A DNA stretch of 64,000 bases from Bdellovibrionota bacterium. GTDB lineage: Bacteria; Bdellovibrionota_C; UBA2361; OMII01. The notes below the pieces were generated by a model, which was not told where the DNA came from, did no database searches, and saw nothing but the letters and a program-made list of their open reading frames with translations. The position numbers and the translations under genes were made by a program. How positions within the stretch are numbered: position 1 is the first letter of the stretch; the number at the start of each line of letters is the position of its first letter. The stretch is from NCBI GenBank assembly GCA_044351885.1, contig JBILEW010000002.1, forward strand, positions 14,033-78,032, given 5' to 3'. Of this stretch, positions 19,687 to 29,384 are shown in pieces.

Positions 19687-20639
19687 GAACTCCATCACTA
19701 ATCAGCCTCGCCCTCGTCGCAATCATCATCGCCGGCCTGTCAAACGGCGGCCTCTACACCGTCAAACAGACGGAGCAGGTGATAATCACGCAGTTCGGTA
19801 AGCCGGTGGGCGATCCCATCGTCGAACCGGGACTTCACTTCAAGTTACCGCTAATTCAGGTCGTCAATCGCTTGGACAAGCGATTCATGGAGTGGGACGG
19901 AGCACCTGTCGGCATCCCCACCAAAGATAAGACTTACATCTATGTGGAGGCCTTTGCTCGATGGCGAATCGACAATCCCCTTCAATACTTCCTCAGGTTG
20001 CGTGATGAACGTAGTGCACAGTCGAGGTTAGAGGACATTCTAGGCGGCGAAATCAGGAACGCGGTTGCTAGGCACGAGCTGATCGAAATCGTGCGCTCCG
20101 ACAAGAGCCGCGCCCCGGTCGGCGATCAGGCTCTTCAGGGGGCTTCTGCTCATATCGGCTCGATCGGAACGTTGCGTCCGATATCAGTGGGACGTAACCA
20201 GATCGAGGCAGACGTCAAGGAAGCTGCGGCGCACAAACTCAACGAGTTTGGCATCGAGCTTCTCGATCTGCGATTTCAGCGCGTCAACTACAACCCAGAC
20301 GTTCTCGATCGAATTCATCAGCGTATGATCAGCGAGCGACAGCAGATAGCGCAGCGCTTTCGCTCCGAGGGCGAGGGTGAAGCCGCAAAGATCAACGGGC
20401 GTAAAGAGCGCGACCTGAACGAAATTCGTTCGAGCGCGTACCGCAAGACACAGCAGCTCCGCGGCGAAGCGGACGCGCGCGCGAGTGAGATCTATGCAAA
20501 AGCATACAGCCAGGATGCCCAAGCAGCGGACTTCTACAAGTTCTTAAAGAGCATGGAGGTATATCGTACGATCCTCACGCAAGACTCGACGCTCGTGCTT
20601 TCGACGGATTCGGAGTTGTACTCCTTCTTGAAAAAATGA
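19683..20639 (+). CDS. hflC: FtsH protease modulator HflC (SPFH domain)
   Basis: The ATG at 19683 overlaps the hflK stop (ATGA). MRTPSLISLALVAIIIAG TM, then VIITQFGKPVG...GLHFKLP. The track ORF starts further upstream at 19635. Confidence 0.9.
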   Translation: MRTPSLISLALVAIIIAGLSNGGLYTVKQTEQVIITQFGKPVGDPIVEPGLHFKLPLIQVVNRLDKRFMEWDGAPVGIPTKDKTYIYVEAFARWRIDNPLQYFLRLRDERSAQSRLEDILGGEIRNAVARHELIEIVRSDKSRAPVGDQALQGASAHIGSIGTLRPISVGRNQIEADVKEAAAHKLNEFGIELLDLRFQRVNYNPDVLDRIHQRMISERQQIAQRFRSEGEGEAAKINGRKERDLNEIRSSAYRKTQQLRGEADARASEIYAKAYSQDAQAADFYKFLKSMEVYRTILTQDSTLVLSTDSELYSFLKK

Positions 20640-20882
20640 CCCTGCCGGTACCACGAGAGGGGCGTTCCGGCGAGTCGCTGATATATCAGAGCGATCAACG
20701 AGATCCCTGACCAACGACGCCCCGCCGAAGCGACCCCACGGGAGGAGGCGCAAACCACGCTGCCGCGTGATTTTTCGGGATAAAAAACCTGACTTCCTCG
20801 TCTTTGGAACAGAAATCAACATCACCCCGCGCAAAATAGGGCGAATGCGTTGTTTTACCTCCCCTCCCAAGAGTTTCCTTAC

Positions 20883-20916
20883 GTCTGTATTTTCTGTTAT
20901 AATAGAATTTACAGAC
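20883..20916 (+). promoter_or_regulatory. Candidate promoter -10 (TATAAT at 20898-20903) flanked by the 7-bp inverted repeat gtctgta/tacagac (possible autoregulatory operator)
   Basis: gtctgtattttctgtTATAATagaatttacagac sits about 15 nt upstream of RBS aaggaag and the ATG at 20933. Confidence 0.3.
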
Positions 20917-20932
20917 ATTAAAGGAAGTGACC

Positions 20933-21484
20933 ATGGCGTCGAACACAAAGGGCATCACCGCAGAGCAGCAAAAACTCCTCGACGAACTCGTCGTCCACTG
21001 GGGAGAGATGGGGAGCAAGTGGGGGATCAGTAGAGCAGTTGCGCAGATACACGCGCTACTCTTCGTGTCCGATAAGCCCCTACATGCGCAGGAAATTAGC
21101 GAGCGACTATCGCTCGCGCGGTCGAATGTGAGTACCGGGATACGGGAGCTTCAAAGCTGGGGAATCGTCACCGTCGTACATATCATGGGGGACAGGCGAG
21201 ATTACTTCACCTGCTCCAAAGATCCGTGGGAGATGTTCGAGGTTATCTCCGACCGTCGGGTGAAAACGGAACTCGAACCTACCGTCAATTTCTTGAAGAC
21301 CCTGGAAGCATCGTACGGCAAAGCGACTCCCAAGCAGCTACGCGAACTCTCCGTCTTCTTGGAGAGCGGCGTGAGCTTCTATCGGAAGCTACGCCGCCTT
21401 CCCCGCGCTCTCGTCAAGAGATTGATGAAATTGGACAACCGAATCGCCCGGCTGATCGGTCCCATGAACAGTGAGGATGTATGA
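20933..21484 (+). CDS. GbsR/MarR-type winged-helix transcriptional regulator
   Basis: WGISRAVAQIHALLFVSDKPLHAQEISERLSLARSNVSTGIRELQSWGIV is typical of the GbsR/COG1510 family. RBS aaggaag precedes the ATG at 20933 (a GTG at 20927 is also possible). Confidence 0.8.
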   Translation: MASNTKGITAEQQKLLDELVVHWGEMGSKWGISRAVAQIHALLFVSDKPLHAQEISERLSLARSNVSTGIRELQSWGIVTVVHIMGDRRDYFTCSKDPWEMFEVISDRRVKTELEPTVNFLKTLEASYGKATPKQLRELSVFLESGVSFYRKLRRLPRALVKRLMKLDNRIARLIGPMNSEDV

Positions 21485-22713
21485 AACGCAAATTGTTAGT
21501 TCTAGGTGGTGGATTTGCAGCTCTACAGGTGGTCAAGCGGGTATCGCTAGCGCTCTACGAGGTAACCCTCGTATCCCCACGCGATCACTTCCTCTTCACT
21601 CCCCTACTAGCCTCCTCGACGGTAGGCACTGTCGAGTTGAGAAGCATCACAGAGCCCCTGCTCGGCTTCAGGAGGGGAGTATCGGTTCTGTGCGCCGAGG
21701 CGACCGCGATCGATCCGAACACAAAAACTGTCACGATCCGCGGACTACATGCGGCCTCTCAGCAGGAATCCAAACTCAACTACGATGTCTTGGTGGTAGC
21801 GGTGGGAGCGAAGATCCAGACCTTCGGTATTCCAGGCGCCGATACGATAGCTCTTCCGCTCAAGGAGAGCGTAGACGCCAGCGTCCTTCGAGGTAGGATC
21901 ATCAAGCAGATCGAGAGAGCCATGTTACCTAGTACGAGTGCGGAGGAGCGTCGCATACTCCTTTCATTCGTCGTCGTAGGGGGTGGCCCAACCGGAATCG
22001 AATTCGCCGGCGAACTCTCAGACCTCCTACGCAGGGAAATTCGGCGTGTATCTCCGGAGATCGCCCGGGAGTCGTCAGTTACCATCGTCGAAGCCGGTAA
22101 CGACATACTATCTATCTTCAACGAAGCGCTGCGTTCATATACCCATCGAGCTCTCGCAAAACAGAAGATCGTCGTCCGGACAGGTGCGCTCGTAGAGGAA
22201 GTGAAAGCACAGTCGGTGCTACTCCGGAGCGGCGAGGAGATACCGGCTGGCTTGACCGTGTGGTCAGCCGGCATCGCCCCACGGGATATCGTCCGGATAT
22301 CGCCTTTTGCACTCGATCCCCGCGGAAGGATCGTGGTGAATTCACGACTCCAGGTGGATGGATATCCGGACATCTTCGCCTTGGGCGACTGTTCGTTGGT
22401 GAGCGGCAAAGACTATGCCACTACTGCGCAGGTCGCACAGCAGCAGGGGAAATACCTGGGGAGGGCGTTGAATCGGTGGGCCAAGGCGAAGACGCCCAGG
22501 CCCTTCTGGTATCTCCACCAAGGGATGCTCGCCTACATCGGAAATCGAAAGGCGCTTGCGGAAACACCAGGCGGTGGGTTGAGGGGGTGGGTCGCCTGGC
22601 TAATGTGGCGCTCGGTATACCTCACGAAGCTCGTCAGCGTGCGCAACAAAGTGCTGGTACTCTTCGACTGGGCGAAATCACGGATATTCGGGCGAGATCT
22701 GTCCCATGTCTGA
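21481..22713 (+). CDS. ndh: Type II NADH:quinone oxidoreductase (NDH-2)
   Basis: Two Rossmann motifs, KLLVLGGGFAAL and FVVVGGGPTGIEFAGEL, plus ALGDC. The start overlaps the preceding stop (ATGA). Confidence 0.85.
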   Translation: MKRKLLVLGGGFAALQVVKRVSLALYEVTLVSPRDHFLFTPLLASSTVGTVELRSITEPLLGFRRGVSVLCAEATAIDPNTKTVTIRGLHAASQQESKLNYDVLVVAVGAKIQTFGIPGADTIALPLKESVDASVLRGRIIKQIERAMLPSTSAEERRILLSFVVVGGGPTGIEFAGELSDLLRREIRRVSPEIARESSVTIVEAGNDILSIFNEALRSYTHRALAKQKIVVRTGALVEEVKAQSVLLRSGEEIPAGLTVWSAGIAPRDIVRISPFALDPRGRIVVNSRLQVDGYPDIFALGDCSLVSGKDYATTAQVAQQQGKYLGRALNRWAKAKTPRPFWYLHQGMLAYIGNRKALAETPGGGLRGWVAWLMWRSVYLTKLVSVRNKVLVLFDWAKSRIFGRDLSHV

Positions 22714-22729
22714 CGATGAGAGGTAACCT

Positions 22730-23626
22730 ATGAATGCCGAGGCTCACGCGCCATCCAAGGCAAGAACCGATCATCAGGATTCTCTGAAGAGTCAAGTGAG
22801 GCACTGCTTTGAGGCCACTACCGCGGACTATAAATACTGGAGCAAAAATCTCCATATGCACTTCGGAGTGTGGCGCTTCGGGGTTAATCCTCTGAATTTG
22901 GAAAAGATGCTCGAGGAGGCATGCCTGGTCGTGTTCGAGCAATTCAGTCGTGATCGAGATGCATCATTCGACATCTTGGATGCTGGCTGTGGCGTCGGAA
23001 GCTCTCTCGGCATGGCTCGTCGCTACTTCGCGAATGCTCGGTGCTACGGTATCAACCTGGTACCCGACCAAGTCGATCAAGCCCGCGCGAAATTGGGGTC
23101 GCAGGGGTGCCATATTTCTCTGAATGACTTCGAAGCCACTGATTTTCCCGACGCATCGTTCGATGTGATCTTCAGCATAGAGGCCGCGGTGTATGGACAG
23201 GGTAAAGACAAGCAGCTTTATCTGGCAGAGATGTCTCGAATCCTGAGACCTGGTGGCGTTCTGGTAGTGATGGACGGCTATTTGACGAAGCCGGCACCGA
23301 CGATGGGAAGGATTACCAGTTGGATTTATCGTCAGGTTTGTCGTGGCTGGGCTATCGCCGAGATGATCGAGAAAAAGCCCTTCGTGCACGCTGCTCAGAG
23401 TAATGGGCTAACCCTCGAACGATTTCGCTGGCTCTCCTTGGCTATCTCACCGTCAGTTGCGCACGTACCGATCGCTACTGCTCGATACCTCTGGGATTCC
23501 TTGGCACGGAAACGACGGAGATCAAGAGATAGTATCCTTCACGTAATCTCATGTGTCTGCGGCTGTTTGCTGGGACTACAAATGCACAGGTTTTGCTATG
23601 GAATGGCTGTTTTCAGGAAGAGATGA
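22730..23626 (+). CDS. Class I SAM-dependent methyltransferase
   Basis: Motif I ILDAGCGVGSS and post-II LRPGGVLVVMD. Starts 17 bp after ndh. Confidence 0.8.
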   Translation: MNAEAHAPSKARTDHQDSLKSQVRHCFEATTADYKYWSKNLHMHFGVWRFGVNPLNLEKMLEEACLVVFEQFSRDRDASFDILDAGCGVGSSLGMARRYFANARCYGINLVPDQVDQARAKLGSQGCHISLNDFEATDFPDASFDVIFSIEAAVYGQGKDKQLYLAEMSRILRPGGVLVVMDGYLTKPAPTMGRITSWIYRQVCRGWAIAEMIEKKPFVHAAQSNGLTLERFRWLSLAISPSVAHVPIATARYLWDSLARKRRRSRDSILHVISCVCGCLLGLQMHRFCYGMAVFRKR

Positions 23627-23658
23627 CCGCGCTCGGAGTATTCCTCTTGCTGACTGCA

Positions 23659-24492
23659 CTACGTATTTCCCGCAACTCTGGCGAACTTTTCTGCGATGTC
23701 CGAAGCTTTTTCCGCATCATGCTCGACCGTAAGCGTCGATGGTGTCTTGTTGTAACGGAATATCTGAAGCAAAAGCTTCACGTCTATGGTCTCAATACTC
23801 TGCGCGCGAGCGAACAGTGAATCGATCGCTTCCATAGTTTTATTCTGGAGCTTCATGGTTATTACGAAGCTTCCCGCGACAATCGTATAGTTGTTACGAG
23901 GCAGGAATTTCCTGTCAGGTACAAAACGCGTTTTCACCATACTTTTGGGAAGCTGCCCTGCAGTTGCGACATCAAGAGAGCCGTCTCCTCCTACAACCTT
24001 GTGCACCCTTACACCCAGCTCACGAAGTGCTTGATGATATCGGCGCTCGTGTTCGCTTTGAACCAAATTGAACCAGAGGTGCGGACTCCAGCTGAATATG
24101 TGGGAGGTAGCTTCTTTGCGAATGGCCATCAGGATGACGTTGGTCGCAAAACTGTTGAGTCTTAGTAGGTCAGTGTAGCGCCACGAGTAGCTTCCTCCAA
24201 CCGGAGGCAACAAATGCTCCTCCCCGCCTTGCCCAAGCGCGGTCTCGAAGTACTGATCTATCAGGCCAGAGAGGGAGAAGATCCATCCTTGCGAGATGTA
24301 ATATCTTCCTTTGGAGTGGAGCAGCACACCGCTGTCGGTGAGCTTTTTCAAGGCTTTGTAGGTTGCAGCAAGGCTCCATACGCGCCCTGTTCCGCTAATG
24401 GCCTTATGAATATCCTCTGCTTTAGGTGCGGGATTGCACGCGACTGCGCGCACAATTCGGTCTTCCAGGCGTTCGTCTCGGCCGAGTAACAT
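23659..24492 (-). CDS. Hypothetical protein with a probable N-terminal winged-helix domain
   Basis: The N-terminus IVRAVACNPAPKAEDIHKAISGTGRVWSLAATYKALKKLTDSGVLLHSKGRYY looks like a wHTH. The remainder is unassigned. Confidence 0.55.
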   Translation of the reverse strand: MLLGRDERLEDRIVRAVACNPAPKAEDIHKAISGTGRVWSLAATYKALKKLTDSGVLLHSKGRYYISQGWIFSLSGLIDQYFETALGQGGEEHLLPPVGGSYSWRYTDLLRLNSFATNVILMAIRKEATSHIFSWSPHLWFNLVQSEHERRYHQALRELGVRVHKVVGGDGSLDVATAGQLPKSMVKTRFVPDRKFLPRNNYTIVAGSFVITMKLQNKTMEAIDSLFARAQSIETIDVKLLLQIFRYNKTPSTLTVEHDAEKASDIAEKFARVAGNT

Positions 24493-24592
24493 TTCTCGAT
24501 TTTATCGTATTTTCTCGATTTTATCCAAAACAAAATAAGCAGTCACCAGCCTGTAGAGTTGCTGTCAAACTATCTCTCATAGGAGAGACTAT

Positions 24593-25162
24593 ATGGAACT
24601 CACATGTCTGAACATCGGCTCGGTATATCGAAACGGCTTGGGTGCGATCGTCACGAGCGTCGCATGCTCTCTGTGCACATGCCTCGTGAGTCAAACGATT
24701 ATCTTCGTCTGTACCTCGGAAGCACGGACCCCAGAGATCCAAAGTGGTTTGTCTGTGGCTATCTTTGTTTTCGGTTATTGGGCTGTGTACTTCTCGCTGA
24801 GGACTCAGATCGAGGGGATCACTGGATCTCTGCGTGGGGTACCGCTACGAGCAGAGCCACCACCTTGTGGACTTGGGAAGCTCTTCTTCATATGCGTCTC
24901 TGAGGCCTTTTGGATAGTGAGCTTAGGGCTGGCAAACCTCTCGCTTTTGCGACACGGATTCTCTGCTGGGGCAGCTGCAGCGCTATCGCAGTGGGGGATC
25001 AACATCTTCATCTGGCTACCGCTCCTTCCATGGTGGGAGTGGATCGCCACGCGCTACGTTCCGGCAATACTGCGGAATCGATATCGATGCTTGTTTCCCT
25101 CGGCTCACCGGGCTACGGCTAGCCGATGTATCAGCCCGACTGCTCCACCGCTTGAAGGGTAG
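24593..25162 (+). CDS. Hypothetical membrane protein (about 4 TM)
   Basis: Four hydrophobic stretches, for example LSVAIFVFGYWAVYFSL and WGINIFIWLPLLPWW. The 3' end overlaps the recJ 3' end by 32 nt. Start uncertain. Confidence 0.4.
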   Translation: MELTCLNIGSVYRNGLGAIVTSVACSLCTCLVSQTIIFVCTSEARTPEIQSGLSVAIFVFGYWAVYFSLRTQIEGITGSLRGVPLRAEPPPCGLGKLFFICVSEAFWIVSLGLANLSLLRHGFSAGAAAALSQWGINIFIWLPLLPWWEWIATRYVPAILRNRYRCLFPSAHRATASRCISPTAPPLEG

Positions 25163-26873
25163 CTTGCAACTCGGTATTCCCACCGTAGGTGTTGATGTCC
25201 GGCCGGAAAGCGATATCAACCGTGGCATTCGGATACAGCGCAGGATGTGACGGTTGGCGCCACATGACGCCAGCCAAAAATTTCTTGCCGTCACTGAAGA
25301 CGGCTTTCAAGTGTGCGCCTTTGATATCTTTGACCTCGACAACCCGGAGGTTCCGAATGACAACGGTTGGCGTGGGATTACCTACTCCGAACGGGGCAAG
25401 CGCATTGAGATCATCTACGAGCTTCAGCGTGATCTCGGACAACGAGGTCTCTGTGTCTGCGTCGACGAACGGTGTGGTCTCCAACCCTGCGAGGCGTCGC
25501 TCGCACTCGGCAAGCCACGCACTCTTGAAGCTTTCCAGGTTCTCCTCGGCTACAGAGAAGCCCCCTGCCCCTTCGTGCCCGCCGAACTTGATGAGATGCG
25601 TGCTAACGGCGCCGAGCGCCTCCACGACACTGAAGCCCTTGATACCTCGCACCGAGCCCTTGAAGATACCAGGTGAATCCATTCCCATGACTGCCGATGG
25701 TCGGTAAAAGTGCTCGACGAGGCGTTGTGCCACGATACCGATTACCCCGGTGTGAAACTCCGGATTCCAAACTGCAATTCCCCAACCGGGCCCGCCGGAT
25801 CTCTCGACAACTTCGATGGCCTCCGATTTTACGGCGCTTTCTATATCCTGGCGTTCCAGGTTGAGCTGATTGAGCTGGCGAGCGAGCTTGTCGGCCTTGG
25901 CTGTGTCGTGAGTGGTAAGCAGATCGACGACGAGCTCTCCATGAACGATCCGTCCCGCTGCATTCAGGCGAGGCCCGATCCCGAAGGACACATCGCCACA
26001 CCCCACGCTACCTTTTATACCTATGACATTTCTGAGCGCTCGCAGACCTGGCCGCTTCGTATCGGAGAGAAGTTCTAGTCCTCGCTTAGCGATGACTCGA
26101 TTGAGTCCGATCAGCGGAACCATGTCACAGATAGTTCCGAGACAAGCGAGATCCAGATACCGCTTTGCATCGATCTCCTCGCTCCCTAGCTCCTTTCTGA
26201 GACCGAGCACCAAGTACCAGGCCAAACCAGCGGCACACGCAATCTTATCGGCAAAACCACACCCTTTTTGGTGTGGATTGACGAAGACATCGGCCGGGGG
26301 TGGATCTGCACTGATATGGTGGTGATCGACGACTACGGTCTTGAGACCCAATTCACGAGCTACCGTCAGCTCCTTTACGTTGGTTGTTCCGAAGTCAATC
26401 GTGAGGAGGCATCCGAACCCCTTGGCAGCGATCTCACGTACGACCCTCTCGTTCAAACCGTATCCGTCAACGAAGCGATCGGGCACGAAAACCTGCGCCG
26501 AAATACCTGCATGCAGGAAGAAATCGTATACTACCGATCCGCCAGACAGCCCATCTACATCGAAATCGCAGCAGATCGCTATCGACTTCCCACTTCGATG
26601 GCAGTCGATCAAGAGCTTTGCAGCTTCTGGAAGATTCTTGAGCATCGACGGGTCCGGTAGTCCCTGACGCAAGGTAGGCGAAAGATAGTTGTCGAGCTCA
26701 GGTCCAGGCTTGAACCCTCGTGCTGCCAAAACTCGAGCCACGATAGGGTTCAAGTCACAGGCCTTCTCTATCTTCTTCGCCTCTGCGGGATCCTGCGGCT
26801 TGACCCGTATGCGCTTGTGCGCACGGCTAGCACTGCTGGAATCGTTTTTGAACGCTGGAATAGCCATAATCAA
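25131..26873 (-). CDS. recJ: Single-stranded-DNA-specific exonuclease RecJ
   Basis: DHH motifs CDFDVDG and VVDHHH, DHHA1 GGHEGAGG, and a RecJ OB-fold C-terminus. Confidence 0.9.
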   Translation of the reverse strand: MIMAIPAFKNDSSSASRAHKRIRVKPQDPAEAKKIEKACDLNPIVARVLAARGFKPGPELDNYLSPTLRQGLPDPSMLKNLPEAAKLLIDCHRSGKSIAICCDFDVDGLSGGSVVYDFFLHAGISAQVFVPDRFVDGYGLNERVVREIAAKGFGCLLTIDFGTTNVKELTVARELGLKTVVVDHHHISADPPPADVFVNPHQKGCGFADKIACAAGLAWYLVLGLRKELGSEEIDAKRYLDLACLGTICDMVPLIGLNRVIAKRGLELLSDTKRPGLRALRNVIGIKGSVGCGDVSFGIGPRLNAAGRIVHGELVVDLLTTHDTAKADKLARQLNQLNLERQDIESAVKSEAIEVVERSGGPGWGIAVWNPEFHTGVIGIVAQRLVEHFYRPSAVMGMDSPGIFKGSVRGIKGFSVVEALGAVSTHLIKFGGHEGAGGFSVAEENLESFKSAWLAECERRLAGLETTPFVDADTETSLSEITLKLVDDLNALAPFGVGNPTPTVVIRNLRVVEVKDIKGAHLKAVFSDGKKFLAGVMWRQPSHPALYPNATVDIAFRPDINTYGGNTELQATLQAVEQSG

Positions 26874-27001
26874 AGAGTTGGAGAGTATATCATCATCAAC
26901 TTCGACTGTCTTGTCGATCTATCGACGGGTTCTACTTCAAGCCATTTAAATCATTCTTTTGATGCCACCCCGCTCTGATTCGACGCGGCGTAGACCAAAC
27001 G

Positions 27002-27565
27002 CTACACGCGTCGCCCATTGCCTGAATCACGATTCGGGCGGGCCCCCGGTTTCTTAGCCCTTTTCCTTTTGACCGTACCACGAGCACCTTCTCGCTTACG
27101 CCAGAACGCCTCAAATTCCTGTAAAGCGCCTTCATATCCGGCCAAGCGATGCGGAGCTGCCAACCTGCGCACCGTACGAGGCGCGCACCAGCGCCAGGCC
27201 GAGAACTCCGGCTCGTCATGGGCATCGAGAGTGATATCCGAGTTTCTTCCGACAAACTCCACGAGCCAAAAGGTCTGTGCCTGCCCTCGCCATCTGCCCT
27301 TGGCGTACGGGGGCGGCTTGTGCCAGTCGTATTCATGTGTGCTGCGGAGCTTGAGGAGTTTTCCGACACTACTTTGCTCCAAACCGAGCTCTTCTTGAAT
27401 CTCCCGCTTCACATTCTCTCGCAAGGAGAACTCTGGTTCTGCACCACCTTGAGGAAACTGCCAGTGCCCTCGGGTACTTTTGCGCTCTCCGAGGAATAGC
27501 TGTCCTTTGGAGTTGTATACGAGCATGCACACATTCGGGCGTAGGGGGAGCTTCTTCGATGGCAT
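27002..27565 (-). CDS. rppH: RNA pyrophosphohydrolase (Nudix)
   Basis: YRPNV-like LRPNVCMLV, WQFPQGG, Nudix box GGAEPEFSLRENVKREIQEELGL, and EFSAWRW. Collinear with E. coli RppH as I recall it. Confidence 0.85.
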   Translation of the reverse strand: MPSKKLPLRPNVCMLVYNSKGQLFLGERKSTRGHWQFPQGGAEPEFSLRENVKREIQEELGLEQSSVGKLLKLRSTHEYDWHKPPPYAKGRWRGQAQTFWLVEFVGRNSDITLDAHDEPEFSAWRWCAPRTVRRLAAPHRLAGYEGALQEFEAFWRKREGARGTVKRKRAKKPGARPNRDSGNGRRV

Positions 27566-27613
27566 ATGATCACGAACTCTGACTGCATGACCCTTTCGCA
27601 GTGGTAGCTCACG

Positions 27614-29194
27614 TTATATCGCCATCATCTCTTGATCAATAAAGGTTTGGAACTGCTTCGCAGATATCGTGCCCTTGAGGAGCTGAAACTGCAGCGAAAG
27701 GGGCCACGACAAGTACGCATGCGAAGGCAGATCCTCGAGCAGCTGCCGCAGCGAGCGTGCATTTGCGCACACCTCCTTCGCCTTGGCCGAGCGGAGGTCG
27801 AGTGCCTCCGTCACGAGAATGCGTCCGGTGAACCCCAAGCCGTTACAACGCGGACACCCGGTTGGCGCATGGATGGTTTCTCCGAATCGGAGCGAATTCT
27901 CCCGATCAACAACTTTGCAATTTTCACAAAGCTTTCCGAGCAGGCGCTGATTGACGACCAATGAAACCGCCCCCACGCAATGGATACTCGAGATACCGAG
28001 CGTATTGAAGCGTTCGACCACATTCAGCGCTGAACTCATGTGCAACGACGAAAGCGTAAGGTGGCCGGTTGTCCCACACTCGATCGCTATCGCAGCACTC
28101 AAGGGGTCTCGCATCTCTCCTATCAGGATGACATCGGGGTCGTGTCTCAAAACGGAGCGAATTGCGCGTGGGTAATCCAAACCCTGCGGTTCGTTAATCT
28201 GTACCTGTACGACTTCAGGTATGGGGATCTCGACCGGATCCTCGATCGTCACGATATTCTTCACCTTATTCAGGAGCTCAGAGACGATCGAATACATGGT
28301 CGTACTCTTGCCGCTCCCCGTCGGACCTGTGAGAACGATAATACCGTTGGTGCGGGAGATGGTCTCCTGCAGTATGCCCGCCAAGGTCGGCTCTAAACCG
28401 AGCGCATTGATACTCGGTATCGCCCTCGAATACATGAATCTCAAAACTGCGCTCTCTCCGTGCAGCGTTGGAAGCGTACTGACCCGAACGCTACGTTCCG
28501 TGTCGCCGATCTTGAAAGCAAAGGCACCATCCTGGGGGAGCTTCTTACACGAGATATCGAGGCCTGCTAGCACTTTGATGCGAGTCATCATGGCTTCATG
28601 CACGTTCAGCGGATACGGAGTGTCGGTGTGCGAAAGGAGATGCCCGTCTATCCTCATTTTGACCAACCCTCCCAGTGGCGAGGGGGAAAGGTGAAGATCG
28701 GACGCTCCCCTAGCGAATCCGAATTCGACCAGTTCTGCCACAAATTGCGCAGCATCGCCGACTGGTGTCGGAATCGAGGAGGATGCTTGTGCGGGGCTCG
28801 TGCGCGTAGCCGCACTCAGGAGCTTTCTGAGGCGATCGGTGAGTCGCGATTCAGAACCTAGATACGCTCGAATCGTCGCTTCCTCCAGCAAAGTTCCGGG
28901 CACCTGTTCCAGGGAAACCTCCAGTCCCAAAGCGAAACGAACACCCTTGTAGGTTTCGGGGGACACGTCAGCGGCCGCGCAGTGAAGTTTAACTACCCGT
29001 GCTGGCGAACTCGAGGAGCGAACCACAGCTACAGGTAGGATCCTTAGGCGAACAGCCTGATCAAAACTTACCAAGCTCCGCGCTTCTGACGTGGAGCAGA
29101 ACGCGAGATCTTTGGCGGAAAAGAGGGCTCCCTGAATGAGTTGTGTATCATTTGAAGCAGCCTCTCCTTGACGAGGGGTATGACTAGTACTCAT
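27614..29194 (-). CDS. GspE/PilB-family secretion/type IV pilus assembly ATPase
   Basis: T2SSE_N-like N-terminus, Walker A LTGPTGSGKSTT, Asp box, Walker B ILIGEMRD, and tetracysteine CENCK...CPRCNGLG. Confidence 0.9.
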   Translation of the reverse strand: MSTSHTPRQGEAASNDTQLIQGALFSAKDLAFCSTSEARSLVSFDQAVRLRILPVAVVRSSSSPARVVKLHCAAADVSPETYKGVRFALGLEVSLEQVPGTLLEEATIRAYLGSESRLTDRLRKLLSAATRTSPAQASSSIPTPVGDAAQFVAELVEFGFARGASDLHLSPSPLGGLVKMRIDGHLLSHTDTPYPLNVHEAMMTRIKVLAGLDISCKKLPQDGAFAFKIGDTERSVRVSTLPTLHGESAVLRFMYSRAIPSINALGLEPTLAGILQETISRTNGIIVLTGPTGSGKSTTMYSIVSELLNKVKNIVTIEDPVEIPIPEVVQVQINEPQGLDYPRAIRSVLRHDPDVILIGEMRDPLSAAIAIECGTTGHLTLSSLHMSSALNVVERFNTLGISSIHCVGAVSLVVNQRLLGKLCENCKVVDRENSLRFGETIHAPTGCPRCNGLGFTGRILVTEALDLRSAKAKEVCANARSLRQLLEDLPSHAYLSWPLSLQFQLLKGTISAKQFQTFIDQEMMAI

Positions 29195-29269
29195 ACCCTC
29201 ATATCGCTACTCAGCGCGATAAGTTGCGTCCGTTGGAAGCTCGGCACATTGAGAGGTATCGCTATATCT

Positions 29270-29334
29270 CTATGGAAGCGAGGCAAAACCTACCCGTAGC
29301 GAGAAAGAGGCGGGGTTTTGCCTCGCTTCCATAG
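29270..29334. repeat. 65-bp perfect hairpin; short form of the GAAGCGAGGCAAAACC MITE-like family
   Basis: ctatggaagcgaggcaaaacc...ggttttgcctcgcttccatag (21-bp arms). The interior matches the two ends of the 250-bp element at 37941-38190. Confidence 0.75.
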
Positions 29335-29384
29335 TGCCAATCTATTCAGCAACTTAAAACGGCGACTTTCGACCGTGACACTCT

